This document shows, piece after piece, positions 23,982 to 36,137 of a stretch of DNA of 64,000 nt. Both the position numbers and the translations under genes were made by a program. The notes under the pieces are model-generated. The model was not told where the DNA came from. It saw only the letters and a program-made list of their open reading frames with translations, and ran no database searches. The stretch's first letter is position 1. Every line of letters begins with the position of its first letter. This stretch comes from Oikopleura dioica. Lineage: Eukaryota > Animalia > Chordata. The stretch is taken from contig OU015567.1 in assembly GCA_907165135.1 (NCBI GenBank), positions 4,154,001 to 4,218,000 on the forward strand, read 5' to 3'.

Positions 23982-26900
23982 GCGCGATGCAATGCTGCGA
24001 TTGAAATGACGAGGCACTCATCTGTCTTCGTCTCGTCCGAAATGCGCCGACCGCGGAGCGCGAAAAACCCGCCCTGTACATTTTCGCGAATTGCCAACTT
24101 CGACGAGGGAGCCCTCTCCCGAAACTCCTCCCTGGAAACGACTTCGTCCGCCAGCTTGAATCGCATTTCCAGTCCGTTTTCATCCAAGTAAGTGCCGTTC
24201 TCTTTGTAATTGATGAAGAGCTACAGTCATTCAATAAATGACCTGTGTTTTGCAACGCGTGGCCCCCAACAACGATAAGATTTCCGGGCAAACAAAAATG
24301 ATGTTTATAAATTTGTCGGAAAAAATAATCAACCACGCGCCAATTGCTAAAATCATAACTCAATCCAATCTGACAGTTACACCCTTATTTGTAGCCAACG
24401 TCATTCCCTGTCATCGTCAAATCCAGATTCTGGACTGTGCTCCCTCGACTTGAGCGATATTTCCCTCAACGGAGCGAGCAGAAGCGACATTTCTAGAGTC
24501 AGGAGTTCCGATGATGTTACAAAAAGATGCCTAAAGGTAAGAAAAAACTGGATATCCGGTAGGAGAAGATTGCATTTTGGACATTTTAATGCGCGGCTCT
24601 AATGAATAACTCAAAAAGCTCTAAGTGGCGAATGAAAGGGCAGATATATGACCGGAAATGTCAAAGCCGGCGATGCGGCTTGCTACCTCGTGGCTCGAAA
24701 ATTACGCTACTGAGGGTTTTCTGGAAGGTTTTTTGGAACTTCCGATTTTCAAACAATTTGAATTTGAACTTTGTCCATTTGGAAAGAAGGGGGGTCTTTA
24801 GAAACAACAGTAACAGACAGTAATAAAACTTGGTCTAACAAAAAAACACTTTCAGGAAATTGGCAGTCGTTCAACCTCAGCCCTTGGCTCCGTCACGCGA
24901 CACGATGTCCTTCCAAGGCCGCTTTCAGGTGAGCAAACTCGGGATACAGCAATCACTGATTGCCTAATCCAAAGCAATCTGCAGCGGCTTCCGAAAAAAA
25001 GAATGACTCTCGCTGGGTTAAACTGGCTGGAGCAGGGCCAGAGCTCTTTCCGGCGGGGGCGAATTGACTTTTCATACTTTCTTGATCACCCGCTATTTTT
25101 GGGAAGAAAAGAAGGTTGAATTTACAAAATCGAACTTTCGAAAGTTTAAAGAATTATTATCAAAGAAAATTATCTTCCGTCCGAAAATGAGCATTTTTTA
25201 ACAATTCTTTTAGTTTCGTCCATGCCAAACACATCCCGCCACCGATCCTCGAAGACATTCCGCAATTCCGTCAAAATGACTCGTCAAAGTTCCGCCACTC
25301 TCCCGGGCTGGGATGTCTTCCCCAACCCTTCGAATCTCCCTCTACCGTAAGTCACCCCTTCTTGCCCTTTTCCTGATAAGACCTCCCTCTCTCAGAATAA
25401 GAAAAAAAGGGAGAACGTCTGAATCGAGATCGGAAACCGCAAGTGTCAGTTTTTATCAACCACAGGGAGGTGGATAAGAATAGACAGCTTCGTGTACATT
25501 TTTTTTCAAGATCATCCTTTTTTCCAACTCAAAAGGGTATCACATCGTGTTTTCGTGTCTTCCTGAAAAAAGAAAATGCTCAAGAAAAAATTGACTAGTT
25601 GTTTGAGTTTCAACCCTTTTTTGAAACATAATCCATTCTGAAATTAAAATTCGAGCAATTTCGCTGTCGCACGGCGATTTTATTTTTCTCGCTTCGCCCC
25701 GTTTTCATTCTGAAGATGTGGCGTTATTTGGACGCGGAATTGATGAAACTAACCAACCGATTTAGAAAAATTGACAAACGAATTGAAGAACTCGTTCACA
25801 CTGAGAGGGAGTACGTCAAGAGTTTGAATTACATCGTCAAGGTAAGACTGTAATCTCGCATTTTTAAAGATGATAAAAAACGAAAAGCCGCTTGCGGCTT
25901 CGAGTAAAAATTTGAAGCCTTGTCCTGCGCGGCTTTTTTTTTAATCTCGAAGCCGCAAGCGGCTTTACGATTTTTACAATCTTTTTGAAAAAAGCCGTAC
26001 AAATATAATCAGTTTTAAAGAAGGGGATAAAAAATCGATTTAAGGACCCCCCCGTCTGCTTTTTTCGAAAAATCTTATTTCGGAATTTTTAAATTTTGAC
26101 CCCGGAAATGGATTCTACGGGTCAAAATAACGATTTTAGGCTGCATTTTTTGGGGGTCTATCTCGACTCTTACACCCCCAAAATCGCGTTTGAAAATTGG
26201 ACTTTTCGCCGAAAATTGACGAATTTACCCCAATTTTGGCACAAATATTGATTTTTCTTGGTCAAAACTTCTTCTTATCAGTTTTTCTCAGCAAGTTTAA
26301 CCTTAGAACGCATTATGAACAAAAAATATGGCGATTTTAAAAATTTCCATTTTTCGAAGGAAAAAGCTGACGGGGGGGTCCTTAAAAATTTGTTGATTCT
26401 TTCTAAAAATGTTCCTTTGTAGCATTATATTCCGGAAATGGACCGAGCCGACATTCCAGCAACGTTGCGAGGCCACCGGTCAACTTTGTTTGGCAATTTG
26501 GCGAAGCTGCGCGACTTCCACCAAAATCAGCTTCTTCCCCAGCTCGAGCGTTCCCACCAATTTGCGCATAGAATCGCTCCCATCTTTCTTAGACACGTGA
26601 GTACCACCCCTAAATGACTGTTTTGAACATATTTCTCCCTTCTAGGAGTCCGAATTGGACATGTACGCCTACTACGTAAAAAACAAGCCGCTTTCCGACC
26701 GGTTAATGGCCGAATCCGGCAAGTTTTTCGCAAAGAAACAGGAGCAAATCGGCGATGCAATGGACTTGGCCAGCTACTTGCTCAAACCGGTGCAGAGATT
26801 GACAAAGTACGCGCTCTTCTTGGACGGAATCTCGAAAAATTTGACGAAAACAGCCGATAAGGAGGAAATTGATAAAGCCAAGAAGCTGATCGAATTTCAG

Positions 26901-29900
26901 GTACGAAAAAATTATCAAAAAAGCGAGAAAAGTGTGAAATTCAGAAATCAAAATGTTTTGCAAAATTCCAAAAATCACTAAATTTCATTTTCCAAAAGTA
27001 AAAATTATCAAACTCCGCGAAAAAACCCCGCGGTCGAGATCAAAAAAAGTTTCTCAAGAGAGTGCTGTAAAATTAATGCTGCGAAAGTTATTCTAACGTT
27101 TTGGATTAGTCGACCTCTAGCCTTGAGCTTTTTGACGAGCACCGCGGTGCTGGGTTAAAAATTAAAGAACACGTAAATGAAATTAGTTTTCTTCTTTTTT
27201 TCGCCACCTGGTGAAAGCGAAAAGTTAAGAGAGACAAGAAAATTGTGAGCAATTTCGATTGTCAAAAAGTCGAAAGTCGAAATCTGAATTGGCCACTTTG
27301 TCTGATAAGCAACTGAATTTATTCGCGAAATAAGCACTTATTGACATTTTCGTTCGATAGCCAGTCATTATCGACAATTTTTAGAAAGTCGAAAAATATT
27401 TGAATTTCTTTCCAATTTTCCAATTCGGAAGTCAATATTACTGTGTTTTGGAGATTTCTCAAAACAAAAAAAAAATCAAAAAAATTTCAGCTGCGCCATG
27501 GAAATGATCTTCTAGCGATGGACATGATCCGAGGATGCGACGTTGATCTTCGATCTTGCGGAAAACTCCTCCGCCAACACGAGTTCATAATCACGATCGG
27601 ACGGCGAAAAGCTCAACGAAGAATCTTTCTCTTCGAAAAAGTCTGCCTTTTTGCCAAGACGAAGAAACTGCCAAGCGGAGATATTTATCAATACAAGAAC
27701 TCTTGGCTCGTAAGTCATTGCTCAGCAAAAATAAAATTGAGATGACTAATGATAATCGTTTTCTTAATCGATACAACCACGGTTTAAGATTTGGCCGAAC
27801 ATGTTAGCATCGGGAAAAAAGATAATAATTTTAACGGGAAAACGGCGATAAGAGCGTGCGCCGCCGCATGGAACAGACGGATACTCGGAAACAGGGATGT
27901 ACATTTTCTAAAATTTTCAACTGCGGTGCGGTGCGAACTGCGATTTTTTTTTGACGATTTTCTGCGGTGCGAACTGCGAGATTTAAAATTTTCTCTTCGC
28001 AGTGCGGCGCAGACTGCGATTTTCTGCGATCTTCGGAAAAAATTGAAAAATGCGGTAAATTCTGCGATTTTCTGCGAAACTGCGGAAAATAAGCTGAAAC
28101 TGCGCTTAATTCTGCGATTTTTTGTGAAAAAATGCGAAATTTTCTGCGAAATGCGATCCGAGTGAAAAGAGTGGTCATTATTATGACGGGCAGAGTTGCA
28201 TTTTTGAAAATTTTTTCTAAGCTAAGCAAGAGGGCCGTCTCAGCCCCGTTCCATGATTTTTAAGTTTAAGGGGCTTGACGGCCCTTCGGGCCGTCTCAGC
28301 CCCGTTTCATGATTTTTAAGTTTAAGGGGCTTGACGGCCCTTCGGGCCGTCTCAGCCCCGTTCCATGATTTTTAAGTTTAAGGGCTTGACGGCCCTTCGG
28401 GCCGTCTCAGCCCCGTTCCATGATTTTTAAGTTTAAGGGCTTGACGGCCCTTCGGGCCGTCTCAGCCCCGTTCCATGATTTTAAGTTTAAGGGGCTTGAC
28501 GGCCCTTCGGGCCGTCTCAGCCCCGTTCCATGATTTTTAAGTTTAAGGGGCTTGACGGCCCTTCGGGCCGTCTCAGCCCCGTTCCATGATTTTTAAGTTT
28601 AAGGGGCTTGACGGCCCTTCGGGCCGTCTCAGCCCCGTTCCATGATTTTTAAGTTTAAGGGGCTTGACGGCCCTTCGGGCCGTCTCAGCCCCGTTCCATG
28701 ATTTTAAGTTTAAGGGGCTTGACGGCCCTTCGGGCCGTCTCAGCCCCGTTCCATGATTTTAAGTTTAAGGGGCTTGACGGCCCTTCGGGCCGTCTCAGCC
28801 CCGTTCCATGATTTTTAAGTTTAAGGGCTTGACGGCCCTTCGGGCCGTCTCAGCCCCGTTCCATGATTTTTAAGTTTAAGGGCTTGACGGCCCTTCGGGC
28901 CGTCTCAGCCCCGTTCCATGATTTTTAAGTTAAGGGGCTTGACGGCCCTTCGGGCCGTCTCAGCCCCGTTCCATGATTTTTAAGTTTAAGGGCTTGACGG
29001 CCCTTCGGGCCGTCTCAGCCCCGTTCCATGATTTTAAGTTTAAGGGGCTTGACGGCCCTTCGGGCCGTCTCAGCCCCGTTCCATGATTTTAAGTTTAAGG
29101 GCTTGACGGCCCTTCGGGCCGTCTCAGCCCCGTTCCATGATTTTTAAGTTTAAGGGGCTTGACGGCCCTTCGGGCCGTCTCAGCCCCGTTCCATGATTTT
29201 AAGTTTAAGGGGCTTGACGGCCCTTCGGGCCGTCTCAGCCCCGTTCCATGATTTTTAAGTTTAAGGGGCTTGACGGCCCTTCGGGCCGTCTCAGCCCCGT
29301 TCCATGATTTTTAAGTTTAAGGGGCTTGACGGCCCTTCGGGCCGTCTCAGCCCCGTTCCATGATTTTTAAGTTTAAGGGGCTTGACGGCCCTTCGGGCCG
29401 TCTCAGCCCCGTTCCATGATTTTTAAGTTTAAGGGGCTTGACGGCCCTTCGGGCCGTCTCAGCCCCGTTCCATGATTTTAAGTTTAAGGGCTTGACGGCC
29501 CTTCGGGCCGTCTCAGCCCCGTTCCATGATTTTTAAGTTTAAGGGCTTGACGGCCCTTCGGGCCGTCTCAGCCCCGTTCCATGATTTTTAAGTTTAAGGG
29601 CTTGACGGCCCTTCGGGCCGTCTCAGCCCCGTTCCATGATTTTTAAGTTTAAGGGGCTTGACGGCCCTTCGGGCCGTCTCAGCCCCGTTCCATGATTTTT
29701 AAGTTTAAGGGCTTGACGGCCCTTCGGGCCGTCTCAGCCCCGTTCCATGATTTTAAGTTTAAGGGGCTTGACGGCCCTTCGGGCCGTCTCAGCCCCGTTC
29801 CATGATTTTAAGTTTAAGGGGCTTGACGGCCCTTCGGGCCGTCTCAGCCCCGTTCCATGATTTTTAAGTTTAAGGGCTTGACGGCCCTTCGGGCCGTCTC

Positions 29901-32315
29901 AGCCCCGTTCCATGATTTTTAAGTTTAAGGGGCTTGACGGCCCTTCGGGCCGTCTCAGCCCCGTTCCATGATTTTTAAGTTTAAGGGCTTGACGGCCCTT
30001 CGGGCCGTCTCAGCCCCGTTCCATGATTTTTAAGTTTAAGGGGCTTGACGGCCCTTCGGGCCGTCTCAGCCCCGTTCCATGATTTTTAAGTTTAAGGGCT
30101 TGACGGCCCTTCGGGCCGTCTCAGCCCCGTTCCATGATTTTTAAGTTTAAGGGGCTTGACGGCCCTTCGGGCCGTCTCAGCCCCGTTCCATGATTTTTAA
30201 GTTTAAGGGCTTGACGGCCCTTCGGGCCGTCTCAGCCCCGTTCCATGATTTTTAAGTTTAAGGGCTTGACGGCCCTTCGGGCCGTCTCAGCCCCGTTCCA
30301 TGATTTTTAAGTTTAAGGGGCTTGACGGCCCTTCGGGCCGTCTCAGCCCCGTTCCATGATTTTAAGTTTAAGGGGCTTGACGGCCCTTCGGGCCGTCTCA
30401 GCCCCGTTCCATGATTTTTAAGTTTAAGGGGCTTGACGGCCCTTCGGGCCGTCTCAGCCCCGTTCCATGATTTTTAAGTTTAAGGGGCTTGACGGCCCTT
30501 CGGGCCGTCTCAGCCCCGTTCCATGATTTTTAAGTTTAAGGGGCTTGACGGCCCTTCGGGCCGTCTCAGCCCCGTTCCATGATTTTTAAGTTTAAGGGCT
30601 TGACGGCCCTTCGGGCCGTCTCAGCCCCGTTCCATGATTTTTAAGTTTAAGGGGCTTGACGGCCCTTCGGGCCGTCTCAGCCCCGTTCCATGATTTTAAG
30701 TTTAAGGGGCTTGACGGCCCTTCGGGCCGTCTCAGCCCCGTTCCATGATTTTAAGTTTAAGGGGCTTGACGGCCCTTCGGGCCGTCTCAGCCCCGTTCCA
30801 TGATTTTTAAGTTTAAGGGGCTTGACAAAGGCTTTGAACTATGAGTTGATCAATCTCAGTTCTGTCCCCAACCCCTCCCTCACCCATTATTTAAAAAATT
30901 AAAATTATCACTGTTTTTAGCTCAATTATGGTTTTGATTTAAAGTTTGATCAAGTTGGGCGAACGGCGACTTGGACAAACGGAGACCATTCTTACGACGC
31001 CCTATTTTTCGTATATTTCCAGTAACACACAAGAGAAAAACTTGAAAAATTGCTGGAAAATGACCGCAGAATCCGCAGTCTGCGAACTGCGAGATTAATC
31101 AAAAACTGCGGAAAATGACTGTGGAAAAATCGCAGTTTTCGAAAATTCTGCGAAAACTGCGGACTGCGGTGCGATGTGCATACGTGTGCTATGACTGCGC
31201 TGCGAAGTGCGAATTTCCGCAGTTCGCAGGTCGCACTGCGAAGGTTTCTGCGATTTCCCCACTGCGAATGTACATCCCTGCTCGGAAACAGTTCTGAAGT
31301 CCGATGCTTATGAAGAAAATTTAATTAGTGGAATTTTCGGTTCAGCAAAAAAGAGTTATTTTTGTAGAAAAATATTTTTCTCATACAAATAGCAAAGAAA
31401 AACGCGAAAAATTCCCGATCTTTTTGCAATGAAAATTTTCAGACCTCAGAAATCGGCATGACTCCTGTCCTAGAAGAACCCCTCAAATTCGAGCTCTGGC
31501 ACCGCCGCCGTAATCGTGAAACCGTAAGTCTTTCCTTCTATTTCCGCAACTGAGCTCGATTGAGCCCGATTTCATCCCTTTTATCATTTTTAACTTCTTT
31601 TTCAGATTACTGTGCTTCCCAATTCGGCGATCGTAAAGAGCAGTGGATCAACGAGATCAACGCGTTGCTTCTTTCTCAGGCGGCGCAGATTAGAGGTGAT
31701 TCATCCCTCCTCACGTGATTGACGATAACGTTCGTTTTAGACGCTAGAATGAAGGAGCTAGCGGAGCTCGGGGTCGGAGCCAAACCATATCTGAACATCG
31801 AAGGGGCAGATGCAATTACAGACAGAAGCATTCATCTTTCAAGTGAGTCTTCCTTGATTTCGAGTAGCGATTTCTTCTTCCAAAACATTCTTCTCAAAAC
31901 CAAAACCGTATTCTCAGATATTCGACCTCGCATGCGAAACTCAGTCGCGGTATCTTCCTTCGACCACCAGTCCAGCAGCGTTTCCTCCCCTCGCGACCTG
32001 CTCAAGCGCCGCCCCAACTCCCTCGTCTCAACTGCCTCTTCCTCCGAGAGCACCTCCTCTCCACACCTAATCAACACCCTCAACCTGCATCTTTTCTCCC
32101 CCGATTCCTCTTCCTTCTCCTTTCCCTCCGCTCAACTCTCTCCCCCTTCCGCTCCAGCTCCTTTCCGCTCAGCTCCGCTCCGGCATTGCTCGGGCCGAGC
32201 GGGTGTCGCTCCGCCGCAATTAACGAGCTTACAGGAAGACGAATCTGATCTAGAATCGGATGCGCCGCAGACTGTGAGGATCAAGTCTTACAGACAATAC
32301 GAAACAACCGTTTAA
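23982..32315 (+). CDS. PLEKHG4: Dbl-family RhoGEF (DH-PH), PLEKHG4/puratrophin-like
   Basis: Phase-compatible GT-AG exons: 23982-24187, 24395-24536, 25766-25841 (IEELVHTEREYVKSL), 26423-26596 (LRGHRSTLFGNLAKLRDFH), 26646-26900 (DLASYLLKPVQRLTKY), 27491-27709 (LRHGNDLLAMD..RRIFLFE), 31443-31523, 31606-31695 (needs +1 A), 31741-, and a last exon with RMRNSVAVSSFDH to stop 32315. These motifs are characteristic of PLEKHG4/4B. Exons between 24536 and 25766 are only partly resolved. Confidence 0.88.
25875..25976. mobile_element. MITE, AGCCGC palindrome family, intronic
   Basis: cgaaaagccgcttgcggcttcgag ... ctcgaagccgcaagcggctttacg, inside a RhoGEF intron. Confidence 0.7.
26044..26381. mobile_element. 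338-bp MITE, TTAA TSD (Kolobok-like), second copy
   Basis: Reverse-complement copy of 22890-23227 with TTAA on both sides. Confidence 0.8.
27920..28160. repeat. Degenerate (aactgcg/tgcga) low-complexity repeat, left of the satellite
   Basis: About a dozen ctgcg motifs. A similar block lies at ~31065-31270. Confidence 0.5.
28232..30826. repeat. Tandem minisatellite, 55-56 bp unit, about 47 copies, internally palindromic
   Basis: Unit GGGCCGTCTCAGCCCCGTTCCATGATTTTTAAGTTTAAGGGGCTTGACGGCCCTTC. Copies differ almost only in T4/T5 and G3/G4 run length. It lies in the RhoGEF intron 27710-31442. Confidence 0.97.
31065..31270. repeat. Degenerate ctgcg/cgcag repeat, right of the satellite
   Basis: Same motif family as 27920-28160, in both orientations. 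Confidence 0.5.
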
Positions 32316-32719
32316 ACTACCGGTATATTTAACGAAAATTAATTTAATTAAATAATAATGTAGTGACTAACAGTATAAAAAAATAAAAGATAAAATAAGG
32401 GGCGTCCCTAAACATAAAAAAACTCTCTAAAAACCATTCCACCAAGAAATCCTATATTGTACAAAAAAAACCTTTCCGTTAAAAAACCCATTTTAACCAA
32501 CCCTTGTCCATTCGACCAATCGACCAAAAAACGAAGAATACTCTTTGTGAAGAAAAACTCTTCTTATCTGCAATGATGAAAAAATCCAAAGACAATCAAG
32601 TTCACTCTATCTCTTTCTTGGAGAAAACCAGCTCCGACTGCGCGAAATTCTTCGCGATTTACAAAATCTGTACAGAAAACAGTAATAAACGAATATTTCG
32701 AGTAATTACGACTTCTTTT

Positions 32720-33426
32720 TTATTCTATGTTGAAATGGTGAGACAGATGATCGTGGAGCTTTCCTCGATTTATACATCGATACTGACAGTATTGACAAAA
32801 CAAGAAGATGTTTTCGTGTACGTTCAAATGCTTCCTGATCTCGGATTTGAAGCGAAATGTGTACTTGCATGACTTGTACGGACAAAGATGAGTTGCATCC
32901 GCCGATTGCTTTCTTTTGTGAAAATTTACTTTATGAAAATGCAAATTTTTCTGCGAAAACGCGATGTAAGAACAGTCGACATAATCACACGGAATATCTC
33001 GATAGCCATGCTTAGAGATCATGTGATCGACGAGGCACTTGGTCCCTTGTTTCGTTCTGAAGCGACAATTTCTCTCGCTGCAATTGATTTCTGCCTTTTC
33101 TTTGTCCTCCCAGTAGAATAAATCTCTGTGTTCGTCGAAAAACTCGAGATGATCTTCTGGAAGCTCAAGTGTCTCAACACAACTGGAAAGGGCGATTTTC
33201 TTGATTTCTTTTGGAATAAATGCAATTTTTCTTCAACTTTTCTCTTTCTTAACGCTTTCGCCTTAGGACATTCTTTGGTCTTTCTCCATGACGCCTTTGG
33301 GCTCGCAGAAATGTTGACTGGTCTCTGCTCATCTTTAAACACTCTTGAGCATGTTGAAAGAAAATCCTTCAGTTCTTTTGAATAAGAAACAGGGAATTTT
33401 CCGGGATTTTGCTTCGAATTTTTCAT
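32720..33426 (-). CDS. C2H2 zinc-finger protein
   Basis: CSERNC..HMISKH, CDYVDC..HKVNFH, CPYKSC..HLNVH, CQYC..HLSHH. The N-terminal ORF 33019-33426 joins this frame if one A is added in the run at 33226-33230. Confidence 0.75.
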
Positions 33427-33712
33427 TTTTACTCAAGGAGAAATTCTCAAACCGGAAGAGTGGGACCTCAATAACTTCCGCTTGGTTTTATTTTGAATAA
33501 ACAAGAATAAGGCACGATGTCTTTTTCAAGCTTTTACGTATTTCCTTTCAAATGAACATAAATTAAAATTCGATTCAATAAAAATGACTCGGCTTTGATA
33601 TTATTGAAACGGTTTCAATGAAACCAAAGTTTGTGGCCTCGCCTTCCTTTAGTAATTCTCATAATGAATTGATCATTTATTAAAGTTTATTTACAAGCAT
33701 GGAAGAATCAGT

Positions 33713-35342
33713 TTACCAAATTATCCGCTGAATTTCGTCTTCGCTTTCCCAAATCACTTCTTTCGTCTGAAAAAGTAAACCCAAGTAGCTAGCAGTAATA
33801 AATTCCAGAGGATTTGAAGCTTGTACGAAAGTTTCTGCGAGAAAAGTAGAACAATCGTGAATGGAACCATGAAGTATCGAAATTCGAAGAGTTTCTTTGG
33901 AATATAAGTTATGAGAAGCAGAATGTCTTAAGACTAAAGTAAAGACTCTTTACCTGAGGCACAACAGAAGCAGCAGTGCAGAGCCAGAATGCGAAATTCC
34001 AGAGAAAGCTTCGAGGAAGCAAATAAGTGACACCAAGAATCGAGGCTCCGTAAACTGGGGCTAAGAAGGTTCGATATTTGTGAAGATAACGCCACGCGTA
34101 GAAGCAAAAATGACGATTGTCGGCAAGGTTGTACGGGTGGACGACGTCGAAATTGGCAATGATAAGATATGACAAGACTGTAAGAGGATGAAATTATAAA
34201 GATTAATTGCAGCGGAGTTTACTATGATTTCGAAAAGATAGATCTTCCCTTTATTTTTCATCCCTTTCCTGAGAGAACTAAGAGCTTCAAAATATTTCTG
34301 TAAAAGAACTTGAGAACATCAACCAAATTCGCGAGGAAGCAGGGCAACGCGAAGATACATGTAAAAAGCGAAAAGTAGAGCAGCTGAGCAGGGTTGAAAA
34401 CGGCAGTGTGAGCATCTTTATCGCCAAGAACTATTGATCCATTGACTTTCAGGAAGATAAGGAAGGCTCCGGCGCAGGAAAAGAGAGGAAACGTGTAGGA
34501 GAAGATGTACTTCAAAGAAGCAATATCAAGAAAAAGCCTGAAAATGAAAGCAAGCGACTACCAATCGCGAAAGAAAACCTGTAAAGAAGATGGATTCCGA
34601 CACTGGCAACTTCTTCCCAAAAGTATTTTCTCCAGGGCTTGATTTCTATTGCTAGAATTTCTCGATCGACGCCTCTTATTGCTTGCCCTAGAAATATGCT
34701 TGCCTTGTATCAAAAGATTCAAGTATTACCAGTGGGTGAGTTTGAGTACATGAAGCTAATGCAGCTTGTGAAGAAAAGCCAGACGATATTTGTCTGTCGG
34801 AAGAAAAGTGAGAGCATTCCAAAGAGCGACGCTAGAACGATGCTACCGCCGAAAAGTGATGAAGTGAATAAAACTAACACCAGAAGTGATGTCATGTCTG
34901 TGTAGAAGAGCAATGAGAAAGTCACTGTCAGGGGAAGGTAGCCACGGCAAGAGCTCTCATCCAGTTCGACTAAAATTTGTTGACGAAATTAATGGCTTTC
35001 TGATACCTTTGATCGTCCATATAAATGAGCGCAAAACTCCGTCAGGACGTAAAATAAAACGGGAAATAAAAATGCATTCGTCATTCGAATGTTTTTCGCA
35101 TCGCATTCTGTTTCTGTGAATAAATTAAGCACGCGCAAAACTCCGAGAGAAAGAAGATACGGGCCAGGAGGCGTAGTTATCTTCGGATCCCAGTAGGCAA
35201 AATTCCCTTCGCAATAACGCTGCGTTGCGGGAATGTGGAAGATTTCATCGATCAACGGATAAGGGCAAATTTCGTGAATAACTTTCGCCAAAGCGGCGGT
35301 GAGAGCCGCGACTATCCCAAAAATGAGCCGCGTTCTCGACAT
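33713..35342 (-). CDS. ALG10: Alpha-1,2-glucosyltransferase ALG10
   Basis: DEIFHIPATQRYCEG, WDPKITTPPG, FRQTNIVW, NGSIVLGDKDAH, HPYNLADNRHF, FEFRYF, and C-terminal QRIIW* (reached after +1 nt at 33770-33774). Confidence 0.92.
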
Positions 35343-35444
35343 TTATTGAATTCTCTGAAAATGAAAAACTGCCTCATTTCATCAAAAAACAGTCGTGTTT
35401 TGGAACTCTTAGAAAAACGATCAGAAATGGGCAGTAGGATATGA

Positions 35445-36003
35445 TCAAGCAAAACAAGTTTCTTGGATATCGTCTGTCAATAGTGTTCCTTCTCCCTCTA
35501 GAATCAGCTCGCTTGAAGGCCTTTTCTGAGTATCAAATTATGATGGTTAAAAGTGATATTATAAAGATTTGAACCCGTGACAATCCTCGTAAGATCCGTC
35601 TGGCAAATATCGGCGTACAATTATCGGAATTTTCTTCACTTTCAATTCTAGACCTTCAGTTAAAACAACAGTTTATTAAGTTGTCTACCTTTGAGCGCGA
35701 TCGCGAGAGGGTCAGTCTCTCCTCTCAATTCCACCATCACTGGAGCGTTCATCGCAATCTGCAGCGCTCGTGTTCCTAGAATTCGCGCTCGCTCGTATTT
35801 CGTCATAAACGGCGTCTAACTCAGGTTTTCAGAAAGAAAAGGAGATGAAGTCTTACAGTGATCCGTTCATCCCTCGGCACGGCTCGTCCGCCTTCAACTT
35901 CTTCTCCGGTCGTGATGAATGCGTCGCCTCCAGCATCGTCCCCAGCTCCAGTTTCTTCCATTGGATCGTCCAGGTCGTATTGTTCTTCTTCATTGTCCGA
36001 CAT
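35445..36003 (-). CDS. POLR2F: RNA polymerases I/II/III subunit RPB6
   Basis: Acidic N-terminus, then RIT|[42 protein letters not shown]|[22 protein letters not shown]. The last junction is ambiguous by one base. Confidence 0.95.
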
Positions 36004-36137
36004 TTCAACGATTTTTAGCGGGGCTTTCTAAATCGAAGAATGGATAGTCTGTTATTTTTCTGATTATTGGGATGATTGAAGGCAAGATGGTTCAGTTGAT
36101 TCAGTTAATTCAGAGTCAATTAAAAAGGAAACTAAAT

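Noticed and set aside
28232-30826. CRISPR array (regularly spaced palindromic repeats)
   Set aside because: The intervening sequence is identical in every unit (no unique spacers), there are no cas genes, and the context is a eukaryotic intron.
33770-33774. Programmed ribosomal frameshift or pseudogenisation of ALG10 (and similarly ZnF, RhoGEF, RPB6)
   Set aside because: All cases are one-base losses in homopolymers across unrelated genes, some of them essential. Assembly error is far more economical, although this is not proven.
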